DNA of 64,000 bases from Azolla caroliniana (lineage: Eukaryota > Plantae > Polypodiophyta): positions 9,858,001 through 9,922,000 of the forward strand of contig JBHGNT010000020.1 in NCBI GenBank assembly GCA_043228905.1, given 5' to 3'. Under the pieces are notes generated by a model, which made no database searches, was not told the DNA's origin, and saw nothing but the letters and a program-made list of their open reading frames with translations. Below are positions 1-14,574 of the stretch, piece by piece (the stretch's first letter is position 1; the number at the start of each line of letters is the position of its first letter). Position numbers and translations under genes: made by a program.

Positions 1-87
1 ATTGGTGTCCCATCCACCTCTAAGGATGTAGAGAGCAATGACAATTGACATGGTTTAGGAGAAAAGAAAACAAGGGATTGTAACCTT

Positions 88-176
88 ATGGTCTAAGTTC
101 ATCTCAACAGTGTGTTAGCTTATGGTCTAAGCTCATCTCAATAACGTGTCAGCTTATGTTCTAAGCTTATCTCAAG
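88..176. repeat. Degenerate ~33-bp tandem repeat, about 3 copies
   Basis: The unit ATGGTCTAAGYTCATCTCAA...GTGTYAGCTT recurs about every 33 bp. Confidence 0.7.
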
Positions 177-655
177 TCCATAGCATGATTGTGTTATTGG
201 TACTGAACCAAATGTTACAAAACATATAAATGTTCACGTAATTATGGAGGCATAATGTCTCCCTTGTGTGAACCATCTTGACTTTTTATTGAAACCACCA
301 AGATCATGCTTTATGATGTCATTCTTTTTACTTCATTATACCTAGTAATGGCAAGGTTTGATTGAAGTTTTTAATTTCAGTGTCTTTAGAAAGATGTTTG
401 CTCCAAGTGTTGAGCAAAAACCTAGGATGTGGTGGAACTTTGGGATACAATTGCCTGTGTTGAGCAAAAACTTGGGATGTAGTGGAGCTCGAGGTGGTAT
501 CATTAGGTAGGCCACAATTGCTTTTGTCGAGCATACATGTGGGAAATCTATAACCCAACAAGAATTATTAGCATACATTGACCAAGATGTCATAATTATT
601 CTCTTCCTTGAGAGAAACTAGTGCCCAACATAGGGAGCAACTATTGGAAAGCTCA

Positions 656-882
656 GACAATAGGAAATAGGTATATGACATCAACACTAACTTTCACTTG
701 GGATCAACTATAGGAGCGCGGACAATAGTGAATAGGCATATGACATCCACGTCCTCTTTTCCTTGAGAGCAATTACATGAGTGTATAGACATAGTGAATA
801 GGATCATACCATCTATGTTCTCTTTGACTCGAATACAACTACATGAGAGAGTGCACAATAGTCAATAGGCACATGGCATCCA
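656..882. repeat. Degenerate ~65-bp tandem repeat, about 4 copies
   Basis: The core ACAATAGTGAATAGGCATATGACATCC recurs near 656, 721, 788 and 854. Confidence 0.65.
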
Positions 883-2253
883 TGTTTGAATCTTGCTAGT
901 TAATGAAAGTGGCAGCTAGCCAAATTGTCAAAATAACTTCTTACGCTCATGTAGGAATACATTTAGTCCTATTTATGATGAGCTCTTGTGTTTAGTGGTA
1001 TTGAATATCAAAAGGGTGTTTATGATGAGCTCTTGTCTTATGCATCATCCTTAAGAGTTGATTGTTGCCACCATATTTGGATTGGTTCATAGCTTCTAGA
1101 GATGTATCACCATTTGAAGAGGTCCATGATGATAGCATTAGCCAATTGGACTTTGTCTAAATATTGTGCAACTACAACTCCTAAGCTTTGGTGCCCAACT
1201 CTAGATAGAATTGTCTCATTAGAATTGCTTCAAAGATAAAGCATTGTAAAGTTTGATCCAATTTGAGGATTCATATGAAGTTTCTGAACAAAGGGAAATA
1301 ACTTCTTGATTCCAATTTGTTGAGCGCATTCAAAATAGTGGAACGATTTAATCTCTCTAGATCTTTGGAAGGCCAAGTTGAAGTAAAGGATTCCTATGTA
1401 TATTGAGAGTCACAATTGCAAGCACAAATGGGTGCTTCTTTATGACCCATGTTGCTAAGGATCAACACGCTCAAGGATATGCAGCCCTAGTCACTATAGA
1501 ATGACATGCCACCATACCCCCTATCAAAGATTCCTATACCAAATTATGGTTATTCAACACCACGATCACCCCTTGGCCTGGGCAGCAAGAACTTTCCACC
1601 CTTTTGATATTCTACACCTCGAGTCTCCAAAATGATGAAATGAATAAGGTATAGTGACAAAATTTATGGCAACTATATACTCAAAAGACTAGGATCATAC
1701 CAAGTTAACCTCTTCCCCCAAGGATTGGCTACTATAATATCATAGGATGGATTCATACAAAGATCTAAGTAAATGGAGATCTACATGTCACATAACGTTG
1801 TTGAAACAAAAGCCAACTCAAAGTTTCCTCCCACCAACTAGAGATTGAAGCGGGAAGAACACTTCACATACTTACACTAGAAAGGTTTTGCATATTATGT
1901 CAAGGAAAAATCGAAAGCAATGAGCATTTTGTGCATAGATGCCCAACTTACAAACACATGATACATCCAAGAGAAGTATGGCACCCTCTAGACTAACTCC
2001 ATCACCACAACAAATGAGGGAGAAGGTTGACTCACAAAACTTTGCCCAAATCTTGGTTGGGCTTCAAAAGCATAGGGAATCAACAGTTCTAATAGCACAT
2101 GGATTACAACGACAATTACACATTACAGTTTTTTCCCATAGTTCCATGACTCCACTAACAACATGCCTAGGAGTCACAATAAATCAAGCAAAGGAATTCC
2201 AATCACAATGTAGACCATGCGTGCTAGGATATAAGGAATTGGGCCACACCATC

Positions 2254-2507
2254 AGTAGATCATGGAGATCATTTGTTTATCATGTTCCATCAATGAGGAC
2301 ACTTAGGTGCACTTGTTGAACTTCGTGATAGTGTCATCCACCACAGTAACCAACCTCGGATATGATGTCCAATCACCATTAGTAGATCATGGGAGATCAT
2401 TTGTTTGCCATGTTTGACCAATGAGGACACCTAGGTGCACTTGTTGAACTTTGTGATAGCCTCGTCCACCACAATAACCAACCTCGGATATGATGCCCAA
2501 TCACCAC
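2254..2507. repeat. 127-bp tandem duplication
   Basis: AGTAGATCATGG...GGATATGATGYCCAATCACCA starts at 2254 and again at 2381. Confidence 0.9.
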
Positions 2508-2931
2508 TACTCAATCCATACATATTGGTGATGCACTTGACGCATGTAAATCATCTCCAGAATCATTTTACCACATGAATTAGGATTATGATCATGGAAC
2601 TTTAGGAAACTTAGGCCTTTTATTTTTTATTTCGTGTAGATTACATGAATTTACCTATATTTGTGATCATGCTTTGCTAATAGGTCGAGTTTGGCCTCTA
2701 GTAGATGTTACACTCTATCTCTCTCTCATTCCTTGATATTACCGCATTGTGATGCGAGTGATAGAGAAAGATGGAGATGATGTTTATTTTGTAACTCTTT
2801 CATGTTATGATGGTTCCATATACTCAAAAAAGCTAATAAATCAAGATTGAATAAGTTATGGCAAGTCTCTTGCCCATGAAGCTTAACATGGATCCTAAAA
2901 ATGAGAATTCACTCAAAAGAAAGTACATGTA

Positions 2932-3041
2932 TCCTATGCTACACTCTTTTACTACATAAAACTATAATGTTTCAAACTAATAACATGTGCCCTATGCTAC
3001 ACTCTTTTACCACATAAAACTATAATGTTTCAAAATAATAA
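2932..3041. repeat. ~58-bp tandem duplication
   Basis: CCTATGCTACACTCTTTTACYACATAAAACTATAATGTTTCAAA occurs twice. Confidence 0.85.
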
Positions 3042-3283
3042 GACGAGAGCTATGGAAACTAATATAGTTATTGAGAAAAAGGGGATATAATCGAACATTT
3101 ATAAAAAGCAAGGGCTAGTTTGGTAAAGATTTTGTTTCTACATAATTATGTTATGTTAAGATTAACCTATTTATTTATACATAGCTTTACATTATATGTC
3201 ATGAGTTTGAACAAGGAATTCATGAAAACTTCACGAAAATTTAGTGTTGGCTAAAACAATGCGGTGGTATGAACATGACGCCA

Positions 3284-3363
3284 TTATATAATGGTGACTA
3301 TTTTGTTTATTAAAAATAATAATATGGCCATCGTTAATTGTGGCAAATGCTTCATTGTGATAC
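3284..3363 (-). CDS. EGF-like gene exon 6 (hydrophobic C-terminal tail, GPI-signal-like)
   Basis: CTAAT branch site, long T-tract and TAG acceptor; encodes SITMKHLPQLTMAILLFLINKIVTII-stop. Confidence 0.75.
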
Positions 3364-6300
3364 CTATGTGAAAACAAAACAAAAACAAAATGAATATATG
3401 ATTAGATTTTATTTTTTTGAAACAAGACTTAAGTTATTTATAATGAGATAGTAACAATCAAGTCAATACTTGAATGCCCGTTGTTGTAGGGAGGCATAAC
3501 TCCTGAATTCCCATCTCCGGGAGGCGACCATGGAGTCTGACAATTTTCCTCTAGCTCACCTTTTATCATCCATGACAAGTATTACTAGGATGTCGGTATA
3601 ACATTAGGGGAAAAAGAATTATATTATAATGTACAACTACATGCATGCCCACTTTTCCTCTCCGAAAACACCATGCCAAAGACATTCATGCGGTTTTCCT
3701 TTGAGAAAACACTATGTAAACATTATGTTCCTCGGGATATGAAAAAAGAACAAGAGAAAATGTGTATGAAGATTATATTTGTCATGCACACAAAAAACAA
3801 TCAGTTAGGGCTTACATTCTTCAAAGCAATACCCAGTCGATATATTCAAGAAATTGGCATATCCAGAATCACAAATACATTCGTAAAGAAGATTTGTTTG
3901 AGACTCCCTACATTCTCCATGACCACATACCGGATAGTTGCATACTTGAAGAAGAAATGAGTTAAATTAGTTGTCACATTCTTAAAAGATACCTTAAATT
4001 CTGTTCCAAACTTATGTAATCATAGAAATAATTCATAAAAAATGAGAATTTCAAACATAGTTTAATATTGTGTAGACAGAAAGGGTAAATTACCCCTGAG
4101 TAAGCATTAAAGTATATGCTTTGCAAGCAATGGGTGTGTTATTGTTGGGTTCATAATAAACTAAACCTTTTGCTAGTAGTTTCCAAATATGAATTCTAAC
4201 ATTTTGCTCCGAAAATAGTTTACAACCCAAAAAGTTAGATTTGCTTTACACAAAGCAATGTGCATAAAGCACAATTTGTGAGCTGGTTTGTCCCTCCATA
4301 TAGATTTCTCGTTCCCTTTTTAAAATACTAGTTATACGATGAAAAAAGAATCTGAAAATTCTCATAACGCCTCATTTGAATATTGTGAATCTAATATTTA
4401 TTGACATTTCAAAGAGGTTGCATAACCATGCACATGATAAGATTGATGTAGGTAATTTATTCAATACATAAATGCGGTATGTTGGTTAGGAAAAGTGATA
4501 TATGGATTAAGAAATATGTGTGGAAGTCTGATTTGAACCTAAGGTTATTTGTTGATGCCCTAATAGTTTACCACTAGGGTAAGTTGATAAAAAAAAAAAT
4601 GTTTATTAAACATATGTGTATCTCTTTCTTCATAACGTTAATTCATATTGAATCTATCGTGCTTGGCAACCCCATACTTTAATGTTGAATCCATAATGTA
4701 GTGCTATTTAACCAATAAACTTAATTCTATAGTTTCAAGGTAGTGGTACATGATTTGTGGGCAAGTGTTAGATGTGAAAGAGACCATAAACCAAGATTTC
4801 CAATTGCATCACAACTATAATGTAATTGTCATGAGAGCCCATCATTGGTAGGCGACCTCAACAAGCAGACATGAATGAGCTACTCTCTTTATAGAAAATG
4901 CAACATTAGGACATTATTATTTTTTGATACCTTTATGGATACAACCCACCCTTCTATATGTACACTCATCGTGCGCCCATGAATGATTCATGGGTAACAT
5001 GAAAGAGTTTTTTAAGGTCACTTAATCACGCAAGACATACAATTGCCTCCCCTAAATATTCAGCATCTCCAACAACCTTTTATTACTTGCCCACCAACTT
5101 GATACCTCATCCTACACTACCCTATTGACCTCAATCCTCTCTCTAGGAAGACGTATTCTCTCCTCTCCCCTTGTATGGAAACACACATCCCTCAGAAAGG
5201 TCATCAGTGAATTTTTTTGTATGGATTATGTTATATGAATGTATATGGCACACACCACCGAGTTTGAAAACATGGTGTTGCTTGTTTAGAAGAAAGGATT
5301 TTGACCTACTTGAATGGGCCCGTGTATGATGTTGTAGATCTCTTCCTTCGTTTATTGGGCGTGTGAGAGGTGGGCTAGATCATGGGAAGGTTGGCCATTG
5401 GAGGGAGGAACTTGATGACTCGATGCTCAATGCAAGAGAGGCTATGTGCCGACACATTGTTAGTGCCCTTCCTCTAAATGAGCACCAAATTGTAGACTTG
5501 TAGTGCAAGGTCCAACTTCAACAAGCAACTGGAGGTGTGGTTCTTTTGAAGTAGTCCAATGAGAGGTTGATGGTATGTCTCGACTTGGACGGTCAATCTT
5601 GTGGAGGTATGGGTGTCATTTCTGGAATGACCATACCACCGCCAATAGTTCCTTTTCAGTCGTCGAGTGCTTTTGATTGGTTGCTATTAGGGCACGACTG
5701 ATAAATGAGATGGTCCACTGGTGTCTCTCATCGTTTTGTAGAAGGGCAGGCCCCATACCTAATCTTAGAAGCATCAGTTTGAAGCTTAAGGGACACCTGA
5801 AGTTTGGGAAGGTGAGGGTGGCCGCATTCTGAATGAGTGAGTTCCTTATTTCTGGGAAGTTCTATTGACATGCTTCATTCCAGTTGTGTTTAGCACCCGT
5901 CTTCAAGAGTTGTCATAACGATGAAGTGGGGATGCTAGGCTGGTCCCGAAGCGAAGGGAGAAATTAACCATACCCAAAAAAACTCTAGAGCACCTTTGTG
6001 TTCGTGGGCAAGGGTACTAGTCGACAACGGCCATCTTGGTGGGTTCAATCTTGATTCCTGCATCTAATATCTAAAATACGAGAAAATGCAAGATTGTCGA
6101 GCTCCACTTATATCTACGAGGTTGACGTTGGAGGTTGTGGTCCTAGATCCATGCAAGACTCGAGGGAGCACCTAGAGGTGGAGGGGCCAATTTGTTGTAT
6201 GTGCGAGAATATCATCCAAGTAGACGATCACAACCCCTTCTTGGATTAAATCTTGAAATATTGTATTGGCCATGCGTTGGAAGGTCTGTTGGTGTCAGAA

Positions 6301-9300
6301 AAACCCAAAGGGCATTCTTCGAAATTGAAACAACCCAAGTTGGGTTTGAAATGCAATCTTGGTATTGGTATCTACCAATAACCGAATGCCAAATCTAGTG
6401 AGGTGAAGTATGTGAACTTCCCTAGTTGATCCAACAAGTTGTCGATGCATGGGAGGGGGTACCAATCATGGAGGGTGACACAGTTAAGGAGGCAGAAATC
6501 GACGCAAAACTTGAATCTCTCGTCATCCTTCCTAACCAGGTATGGTTCGGAAACCCACTCGCTAGCGTCTGATTCTATGATACCCTTGGTGAGCATGTCT
6601 TGAAAAGCATCATTTATTTGGGCATGGTCCAAGGGAGACCATTGCCATTTGGCCATCTGTTATGTGCATAACCATAACTGATCACGAGATAGTTTTTTTG
6701 TAGTTTTTCTTAATCTTATGATGTGTACGTGTGGGTTCATTATGAAAGGAATGAGGGTATGAATTGCAATATTTCAATTCCATGGTGTGGGATGACTAAG
6801 TGTGTTATCACTTGACTGCTTCAAATATCACAAAGTGTGAACACACTAGGGCCTAGGGTTTCTACCTATATTACTTTTCTTCATATAGTCCACATTCTAC
6901 TTCTCTGTCTTGTACTTGTTGATTGCTAGACACTACCTTGCAGGTCCTCACATATTTCTGCATATCATCTTCAACAAGTGGTATCAGAGCGACCTTGTTG
7001 TCCGGTGGCAACAAACAACAAAAAGTTGAAAAAGAAGTAAGAATCGGTCGAAAGAAAAGTCTACCTGGCCAGCAAAATCCCACTTCTAGAAGATGGCTTC
7101 AACATTTGGCACAAATGTGGAAATCCGAAAGTTTGACGCAAAGAACTTTGCCCTATGGAAGGAGATGATGCAAGATGTACTGATCATCCGTCGTCAAATC
7201 AAGGCGATACGACACAACAACAAACTGGCGTATGATAGCAGACGAATGGCACTCCCTGGACAAGATAGCCAGGTCGACCATTCGAATGCATTGGCTGAAA
7301 ATGTCAATTTCAACATAGCAAAGGAGACAACGACATTCTCTTTGTGGGAGAAACTTCAAGCCATTTATGAGAAAACATTCTCCTTGTCGAAGCTCATATT
7401 GATCCGATAGTTATTCAATATGAAGATGAGAGAGACGAATACGACAACCTCCCACATCAACACCTTCAGTCGGGTGTTGTCTGAGCTCTCCACCCAAGGG
7501 ATAAACTTCAAAGAAGAAGTTAAATCCCTTGCCCTTCTTTTGAGCTTGCCAACGAGTTGGGACGTATTTTGCACGACATTTGCCAACAACTGTCCAAAAT
7601 TGAATTTGGATGAAACGATTGGACAAGTCCTCATTGAGGATATTCGGCGAAAATCGATGGGTCTCACCATTGACGATTCAGTAAAAGCCCATCAGTTGAA
7701 CAAGTCAGTGGAGAGAGCCGACCGAAGTCCTAAGAGGCCAAGAGGAAGGATAATCGACAACGGTCGAAGTCGAGGAATAGTCGATCAAGTGCTTTTTGCA
7801 CCCATTGCAGAAAGTCCGGTCACAATGTTTCCAACTGTTGGTCGATAAAGAGAAAGGAGAACGATCGGATATTCAATCGGACACCAGGAAAATTTGATTC
7901 AAACCGTTCTCCAACCGGAAACCAAGTCAATGATGCCGAATCCTGGTCCGGAGAAGTTCTCTCCTTGGAAGACACGACTGGTGAAGTCCTATACAATGCG
8001 CAAATCTGGCTATTGGACTCAAGCACCACATTTCACGTAACACCCTAATATCGAATGGTTTTCAAACTATTCGGCTAGGGTCGGCGGCATGGTCCTACCC
8101 GGTAACGGGCCGGAGTGCCAAATCGAAGGGATTGGAGAAGTCCCCATTCAATTACCAAACAATAATTCGATCAGTCTACTCTGAGTCCAACACGTACCCG
8201 AGCTAAAAAGGAGTTTGGTTTCCATTGGCATGCTAGCCGAAGCCGGGTATCAAACAACTCTAAATGAGTCATAATGGACGATCAATCGAAGAAACATGAA
8301 AATCAGATGTGGATACAAGTACAACAACTTGTACCTGCTAATTGCGATCAGTCCAAAAGGGATCATGAACGTAGCGGATTTGCCAAAATCGAACTTATGG
8401 CATGGCTGACTCGGCCATATGTCACAAGCCGAACTGGACTGGCTGATGCCAATCGACTACATCCTGAAGCTCCAAACGAAGACAAACTTTTGCAAGCATT
8501 GTCGTTACCGAAAACAAACCCGAAGTCCGCACTTTCTCCATTATGAGACGGTACCACAACCCCTAAAACTGGTCTACACCGATATATGTGGGCCGATGCC
8601 TGAAAGGTCACTAGGAGGCTCTCGATACTTCATCTGGGCTGGTCTGGATGATTGTAAAGGAAGGTCTGGGCCTACTCAATTAGGTCGAAAGAAAAAGCGC
8701 TTGAGGTCTTCTCTTGATGGTTAGCCAAAGTGGAGAATCGATCAGGACACCGAGTGAAGACACTCTAGTCCGATAATGGAGGTGAGTATAGCTCCAGAGC
8801 CTTCAAACAATACCTATCCGACAATGGAATCCGGCATAAAAAAACCGTTCCATATACTCCCATGTAGAATGGCATGGTGGAATGAATGAACCAGACAATC
8901 TAGGAGAAAGTAACGGCAATGCTCCAACATTCCTAACTCAAGCTGGAATTCTAGTCTAAGGCACTACAGACGGTTGTCTACTTGATAAATCTATCACCAT
9001 CTAAAGCAGTGCGGCTTGAAGTGCCACAAGCACTATGTTCTGGCAAAAAGCAGACCTACGATAGGCTCTGTACATTCAGATGCGAAGCCTACACATTCAT
9101 CCCCAAGGACAAAAGGACCAAGTTTTCATCCCATGAACTTAAGTGTACATTTCTCGGTTATGGAACCGATGAGGAATTCGACTATCAGCTATGGGATCTG
9201 GAAAACCAAAAATTGATCCGGAGAAGTGACTGTTGGAGACAAGGTCGTCTATGCGGAAGATCTAGAAGCATTCGATTCTGATGAGTACCTGCGTATGACA

Positions 9301-12300
9301 GTCTCTCGTTCGTTGCACAGAGAGAGACAGAGAGAGAGAGAGAGGCACAAAAGACTTTCTATTCAATAGAAACAATAATACAACACCCAACCTCACAAAA
9401 AGGTTACTAGGTCACTATATATAGTGACCGACTTAGGGCAACTACCCTTTATGCTAATTACACAAATGGCCCAAACTTGAGCTATACAAAGGGATAGTGT
9501 GAATACGTCCATTATACACTTGTATTCGACACTCCCCCGTAATGGGCGTATACATGGGTTATCTAAGATTACAGGTATAAACCTAGGTTCTCGGACATAT
9601 CAGTTTTTGTTCGAGTCGGCAGGGTCCGAAGGCAGAAGACCGAACTGGTCGGGTCGGAAGAGTTGAAGCCGATCATTAAGGAACTGATGTCGGTTGTCGG
9701 AGACCATCCTGCGCTGTGTCCGGCTCTAACCGGACTGGTTTGTCGTTACGCCCATCTGATGCCGAAGAGACCGAAAACGGTCTGCCGAAAGACACTTGGT
9801 CATTCCATCTGCGACATTGTCGGTTGTGGATATTTTCTCTAGACCGATTTTCCCTGAAATGACGCAGTCCCGAACGAAGTGATATCGAACGTCGATATGT
9901 TTGGAGGCGTTGTGGTGAACCGGATTTTTCGACAAGGCAACAGCACCTTGACTGTCGCTGTAGACAACTGGAGCCGAGTCATGGTCGACTTGTCGAAACG
10001 TGTGCGCCAGCCGACCGAGCCACAAAGCTTCTTTTGCTGCGTCGGACGCAGCTACATATTCTGCTTCGGTCGTTGAGGTCGCTGTGCACTCCTGAAGTTT
10101 CGACTTCCACGAGATTGCTCCATTGCCGAATTTGAAGCAGTATCCGGTTGTTGACTTCCGACTGTCTATACAGCCGGCGAAATCCGAGTCGGTGTAACCG
10201 ACTACGCCTGAGGTTCGGTTCGGACCGAAAAGAATGCCGTGGTCTTTTGTGCCAGCCAGATATCTGAACACATGCTTGACTGCGTTCCAATGCGATCGGC
10301 TAGGATTGTGCATAAATCTGCTAACGACTCCTACGGCATGAGAGATATCAGGCCGTGTCGCGACCATCAGGTACATAAGGGAGCCGACTGCCGGTGCATA
10401 CGGTACCGACTTCATATCTTCCCCCTCCGGACCGGATGTCGGGCAGTCTTGCTGAGAGAGCCGAAGATTCATGGGGAGCGGGGTTGAAGCAGATTTGGCT
10501 GATTGCATGTTGAAGCGTTCCAAGACACGTCCGATATAGTCGGTCTGAGACAAAAAAAGATGTCGTTTATCGCGATGCCGACTAATCTTCATGCCAAGGA
10601 TGTGTCGTGCCGGACCGAGGTCCTTCATGGCAAACTTCAACCGCAGTTGCCGAATGAGATCGGCAAGTTCGCCCGCGTGGCGTCCAGAAATTAGCATGTC
10701 GTCCACGTAGATGATGAGGAAGATGGGTGACCCATCTTGAGCTGTGTTGGTAAAAAGACAATGGTCCTCATCGCTTTTGGAGAAGCCGATCGATTGGATG
10801 AAGTCGTCGAACTTCTTGTACCATTGTCGCGGTGCCTGTTTGAGGCCGTATAGACTCTTCCTGAGTCGGCAGACTAGATGTTCTTGGCCAGTTGCCACGA
10901 AGCCTTTTGGCTGCTCCATATAAATTTCCTCGTCAAGATCACCATGGAGGAAGGCTGTTTTGACATCTAGCTGAATCAGCTCCAAGTTGTCGGCTGCCAC
11001 TACGCCGAGTAGAAAACGAAGGGTTGTCATTTTCACCACTGGTGAAAAAATCTCGTCGAAGTCGACGCCATATTCTTGTCGGAAGCCCTTCGCAACTAAT
11101 CTGGCCTTGTACTTTGGGGTGGTCGAATCAGACGTCTCTTTTAGTCGATAAACCCACTTGCAAGGAAGAGCACGTCGGTTCCTAGGTAATTCGACCAGAT
11201 CCCAAGTCTTGTTTGCCCGAATGGAGTGCATTTCCGACTCCATCGCCAGATGCCAGGTGGCTGAATCGACAGATGTCGATGCTTCTTCGTAAGACGTTGG
11301 TTCGCCGGCGTCGGTGAAGAAAATTCCAGGAGAATACCTCTCCGGAGGTTGCGACAGTCTCTCGGATCGTCGAGGTATGATTGGACTAGTCGCATCGGGT
11401 ATCGGTGTCGGATGGTCCGAAAGCGAATTATTCTGCTGTGCCGAGTCGGAGTTGTCCGAGTCGGGAGTGTAAGGTTCAGCTACCCGTGAAGCTGACCGTG
11501 TGTTAAGAGCGGGGCCTTCTTGAAGGGTCGGCACATCGGAAAATGTTACCCTTCGGACTTCGGTCGGTTTTTCGACTGATGGATTCATAGCCGACTCATT
11601 GAACACAACGTCCGAACTTCGAACGATTTGTCTGCGTTCGGGGTCCCAGAGTCGGTATCCCATTTCGCCGTCTGATCCATATCCAAGGAAAATGCATTTC
11701 CTGGACCGAGGTGCAAGTTTTCGGCGATCATCTTTTGGAATAAGGGCGTACGCCTCGCATCCGAAGATCCTCAGCTTGTCGTAATTCGGCTTATTGCCGA
11801 TCCATAGTTCCTGAGGAATTTGAAGTCCTAGAGGTCTACTTGGCGACATATTGATTATGTGTACTGCCGTGAGTAGAGCCTCTGCCCAGAAGCCATCCGA
11901 CAGTCCGGAGTGTTGGAGCATGGGAACTATCCGTTCTTGGATTGTCCGATTCATGCGTTCGGCAATCCCGTTTTGCTCCGGACTGTGTGGTGCCGTAAAT
12001 TCACGTCGGATGCCGCGTTGTCGGCAGAATTTGACGAATTCTTCGGATTTGAACTCTCCCCCATTGTCGGTCCGAAAGCATTTCAGTTTTCGGCCGGTTT
12101 GATTTTCTACCATAGCGAGCCAATCGGAGAAGATCGAGAAGACACGATCTTTGGTGCGAATTGGATAAGCCCACACCTTTCGAGTCGAATCGTCAATAAA
12201 ACTGACGAAGTAAGAGGCACCGCCAAGAGACTGATGCGGCATTGGGCCACAGACGTCCGAGTGGACTAAGTCGAGAGGTCTCGTTTCTCTTGGTGCTGAT

Positions 12301-14540
12301 GTCGGGTGTGATGCGGCTGCTTGTTTGCCATACTGGCAATGCTCGCAGAATTGATGGTCCGAGAAGGAGAGTTTGGGGATGTACCCGGCTCTAGATAGGT
12401 GCGTGATGCCGGCCTTGCTGAGGTGTCCTAATCTTCTGTGCCATAGTGATGACACAGGAATATCCACCAAAAACAGGTTACCCTCTCTGAGCGTAACATG
12501 TAACGGATACAGTGAGTGTATCTTGGGTCCTCTAGCAAGCAGGAGGTTCCCCCTGTGGAGTGTCCACCCTCCCGAAGAAAAACCGGCACGAATGTCGTCT
12601 TCATCTAGTTGTCCGACTGAGATCAATGGCCTTGAGAGCTCGGGTACATGTCGGACATTGTGAAGTACAAGTGTAGAGCCACCTGCAAGGTTGAGCTCTA
12701 CTGTGCCGATTCCGATGATGTCACAGTGTTGCGAGTTACCGACTCGAACTGAGTCGGAGTGACGGATCGTATATTGCTGAAATTGGGATCGATGAGGAGT
12801 CACGTGAAATGACGCGCCCGAATCTAAGAGCCATGTGCTCGATTCTTCAGTCGTGAGCAGAACTTCTGATCCGACTGGATTTTCGATTGATAGTATATTC
12901 GGGTCGTTTGGTAGTACATCAGCTGAGAAGCTGACGTAATTGATCTCCTCATGCCGGCCACTCTTCTTGTCTGATCTCTGAGACTTGTCGTTCTTGTTCT
13001 TGAGTGCGCGGCAGTCGGCTTTGATGTGTCCGGGTTTCTTGCAGTAGTTGCAGATTCGGTTATCCCGTGACTGGCTCCGTCTTCGCTGATTGTTCGGCGG
13101 TCGTGAGGAATCTCTTCCTCGTATGTTCGATCGGTCTGTCGAACCTTGTACTACATAAGCGTCGTCTGTTGAGTCTTTGGCGAAAGACTTTCTCCGAGCT
13201 GCTTCGGTCAGGATTGCGCTCGTGACTTCGGAATATTTGACAGCCGTGGTTGACGCGTTGCACACGGTTGTGACGAAAGTTTCCCATGATGAGGGAAGGC
13301 TACTCATGAGTATCATTGCTCTGAGTTCATCCTCGATTGCCGTCCCCTGAGATGAGATTTGGGAGCTTATGCTTTCGTACTCATTAAGGTGTGCTTGAAC
13401 CGAATCGGATTCTTTCATCCGCAAGTTGTAGAGGCGCCGGATCAGAAACATCTTCGTTGCGGCGACCTTCTTTTCGTAAGTGTCCGACAGTGTTTTCCAC
13501 AGTTCGAATGCTGTCGTACACGATTGCACCGTAAAATATACTGATTCCGATAGGTGCATCCGAATCGTGGCGCGGACGATTCTGTCCAGCTTCTGCCACT
13601 CAATTGGTTTGTATCCTTCTGGAGGTTCTTCATTTTCGATGGGATCGATTTGCCCCTTGACTATGAGATAGTCCTGCATTTGCTCCTTCCAGAAGTTAAA
13701 GTTCGATCCATCGAACTTTCGTAGACTCATTTCTGACGAGCCGGATGTTGATGCCATCAAATTCAGTTTCGGTTGACGAAGCTCGGTTCGGAGTTGACTA
13801 CGAACCTTGAAGGAGTGCAGCCGGTTGGCTCACCCGATATCGTTCTAGTCGGATTTGAACCCGAGTCGGTTCGGCTTCGGATATATGTATTTGTTGAACT
13901 TGCTCGAATTGACTCTGGTAACTTGAGGGACAGAACCGACTGGTCTTCCCGAATGTTGCCGAGTCGGAGTGAGCCCGGTTCGCTTCCGAATATATATGCC
14001 AAATACCGATTATTGAAACCGATTATCTGGACCGATTCTGCTTCGGTTGACTGCAGCGACGAGAGAGACGGATCCAACTGATCCTCTCGAATGTCGATCA
14101 GCCGGATGAAGCACGAATTGGGGTTGTTGTCTTGAGACCGATCTGCACCGAGTGGTTACAATGAGCAGCGAGCAGCGTTTGATGACCTCTTCGGATGCCG
14201 TTTAACCGAGTGGAGCACGATCGTGTCAATGTTGCACAAGGGGATTTCACCTCGAGTGGTTACGATCACAAGGAACGGAGTACAACCGGCTGGCTTACTC
14301 CAGGCGAAGATGATCTAACGCGATGAGGTGCAATCCTCGTTTTTTCTTCTTCTTCTCTCTTCTTCGAATGACGCAGGAAACCGAATACTGTGCAAGCTGA
14401 GACGACGGCCGACAGCGGATTGAAGGACCGAATGCTGTGCAGGCTCTGATACCAGATGTTGGAGACAAGGTCGTCTATGCGGAAGATCTAGAAGCATTCG
14501 ATTCTGATGAGTACCTGCGTATGACAGTCTCTCGTTCGTT

Positions 14541-14574
<34 letters not shown>

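Noticed and set aside
656-882. CRISPR-like repeat-spacer appearance
   Set aside because: The whole unit is a degenerate tandem repeat, the context is eukaryotic and there are no cas genes.
3438-3469. Read-through end of exon 5 (SIDLIVTISL-stop) as the true C-terminus
   Set aside because: A strong acceptor and an in-phase exon 6 give a better hydrophobic tail; it remains possible as an intron-retention isoform.
3673-3965. Plus-strand ORFs of 95 and 67 aa
   Set aside because: They are antisense shadows of EGF-like exon 4; the minus strand has the splice sites and cysteine pattern.
13763-14081. Opposing ~100-aa ORFs in the copia B leader
   Set aside because: No recognisable domain; treated as 5' leader, although a uORF cannot be excluded.
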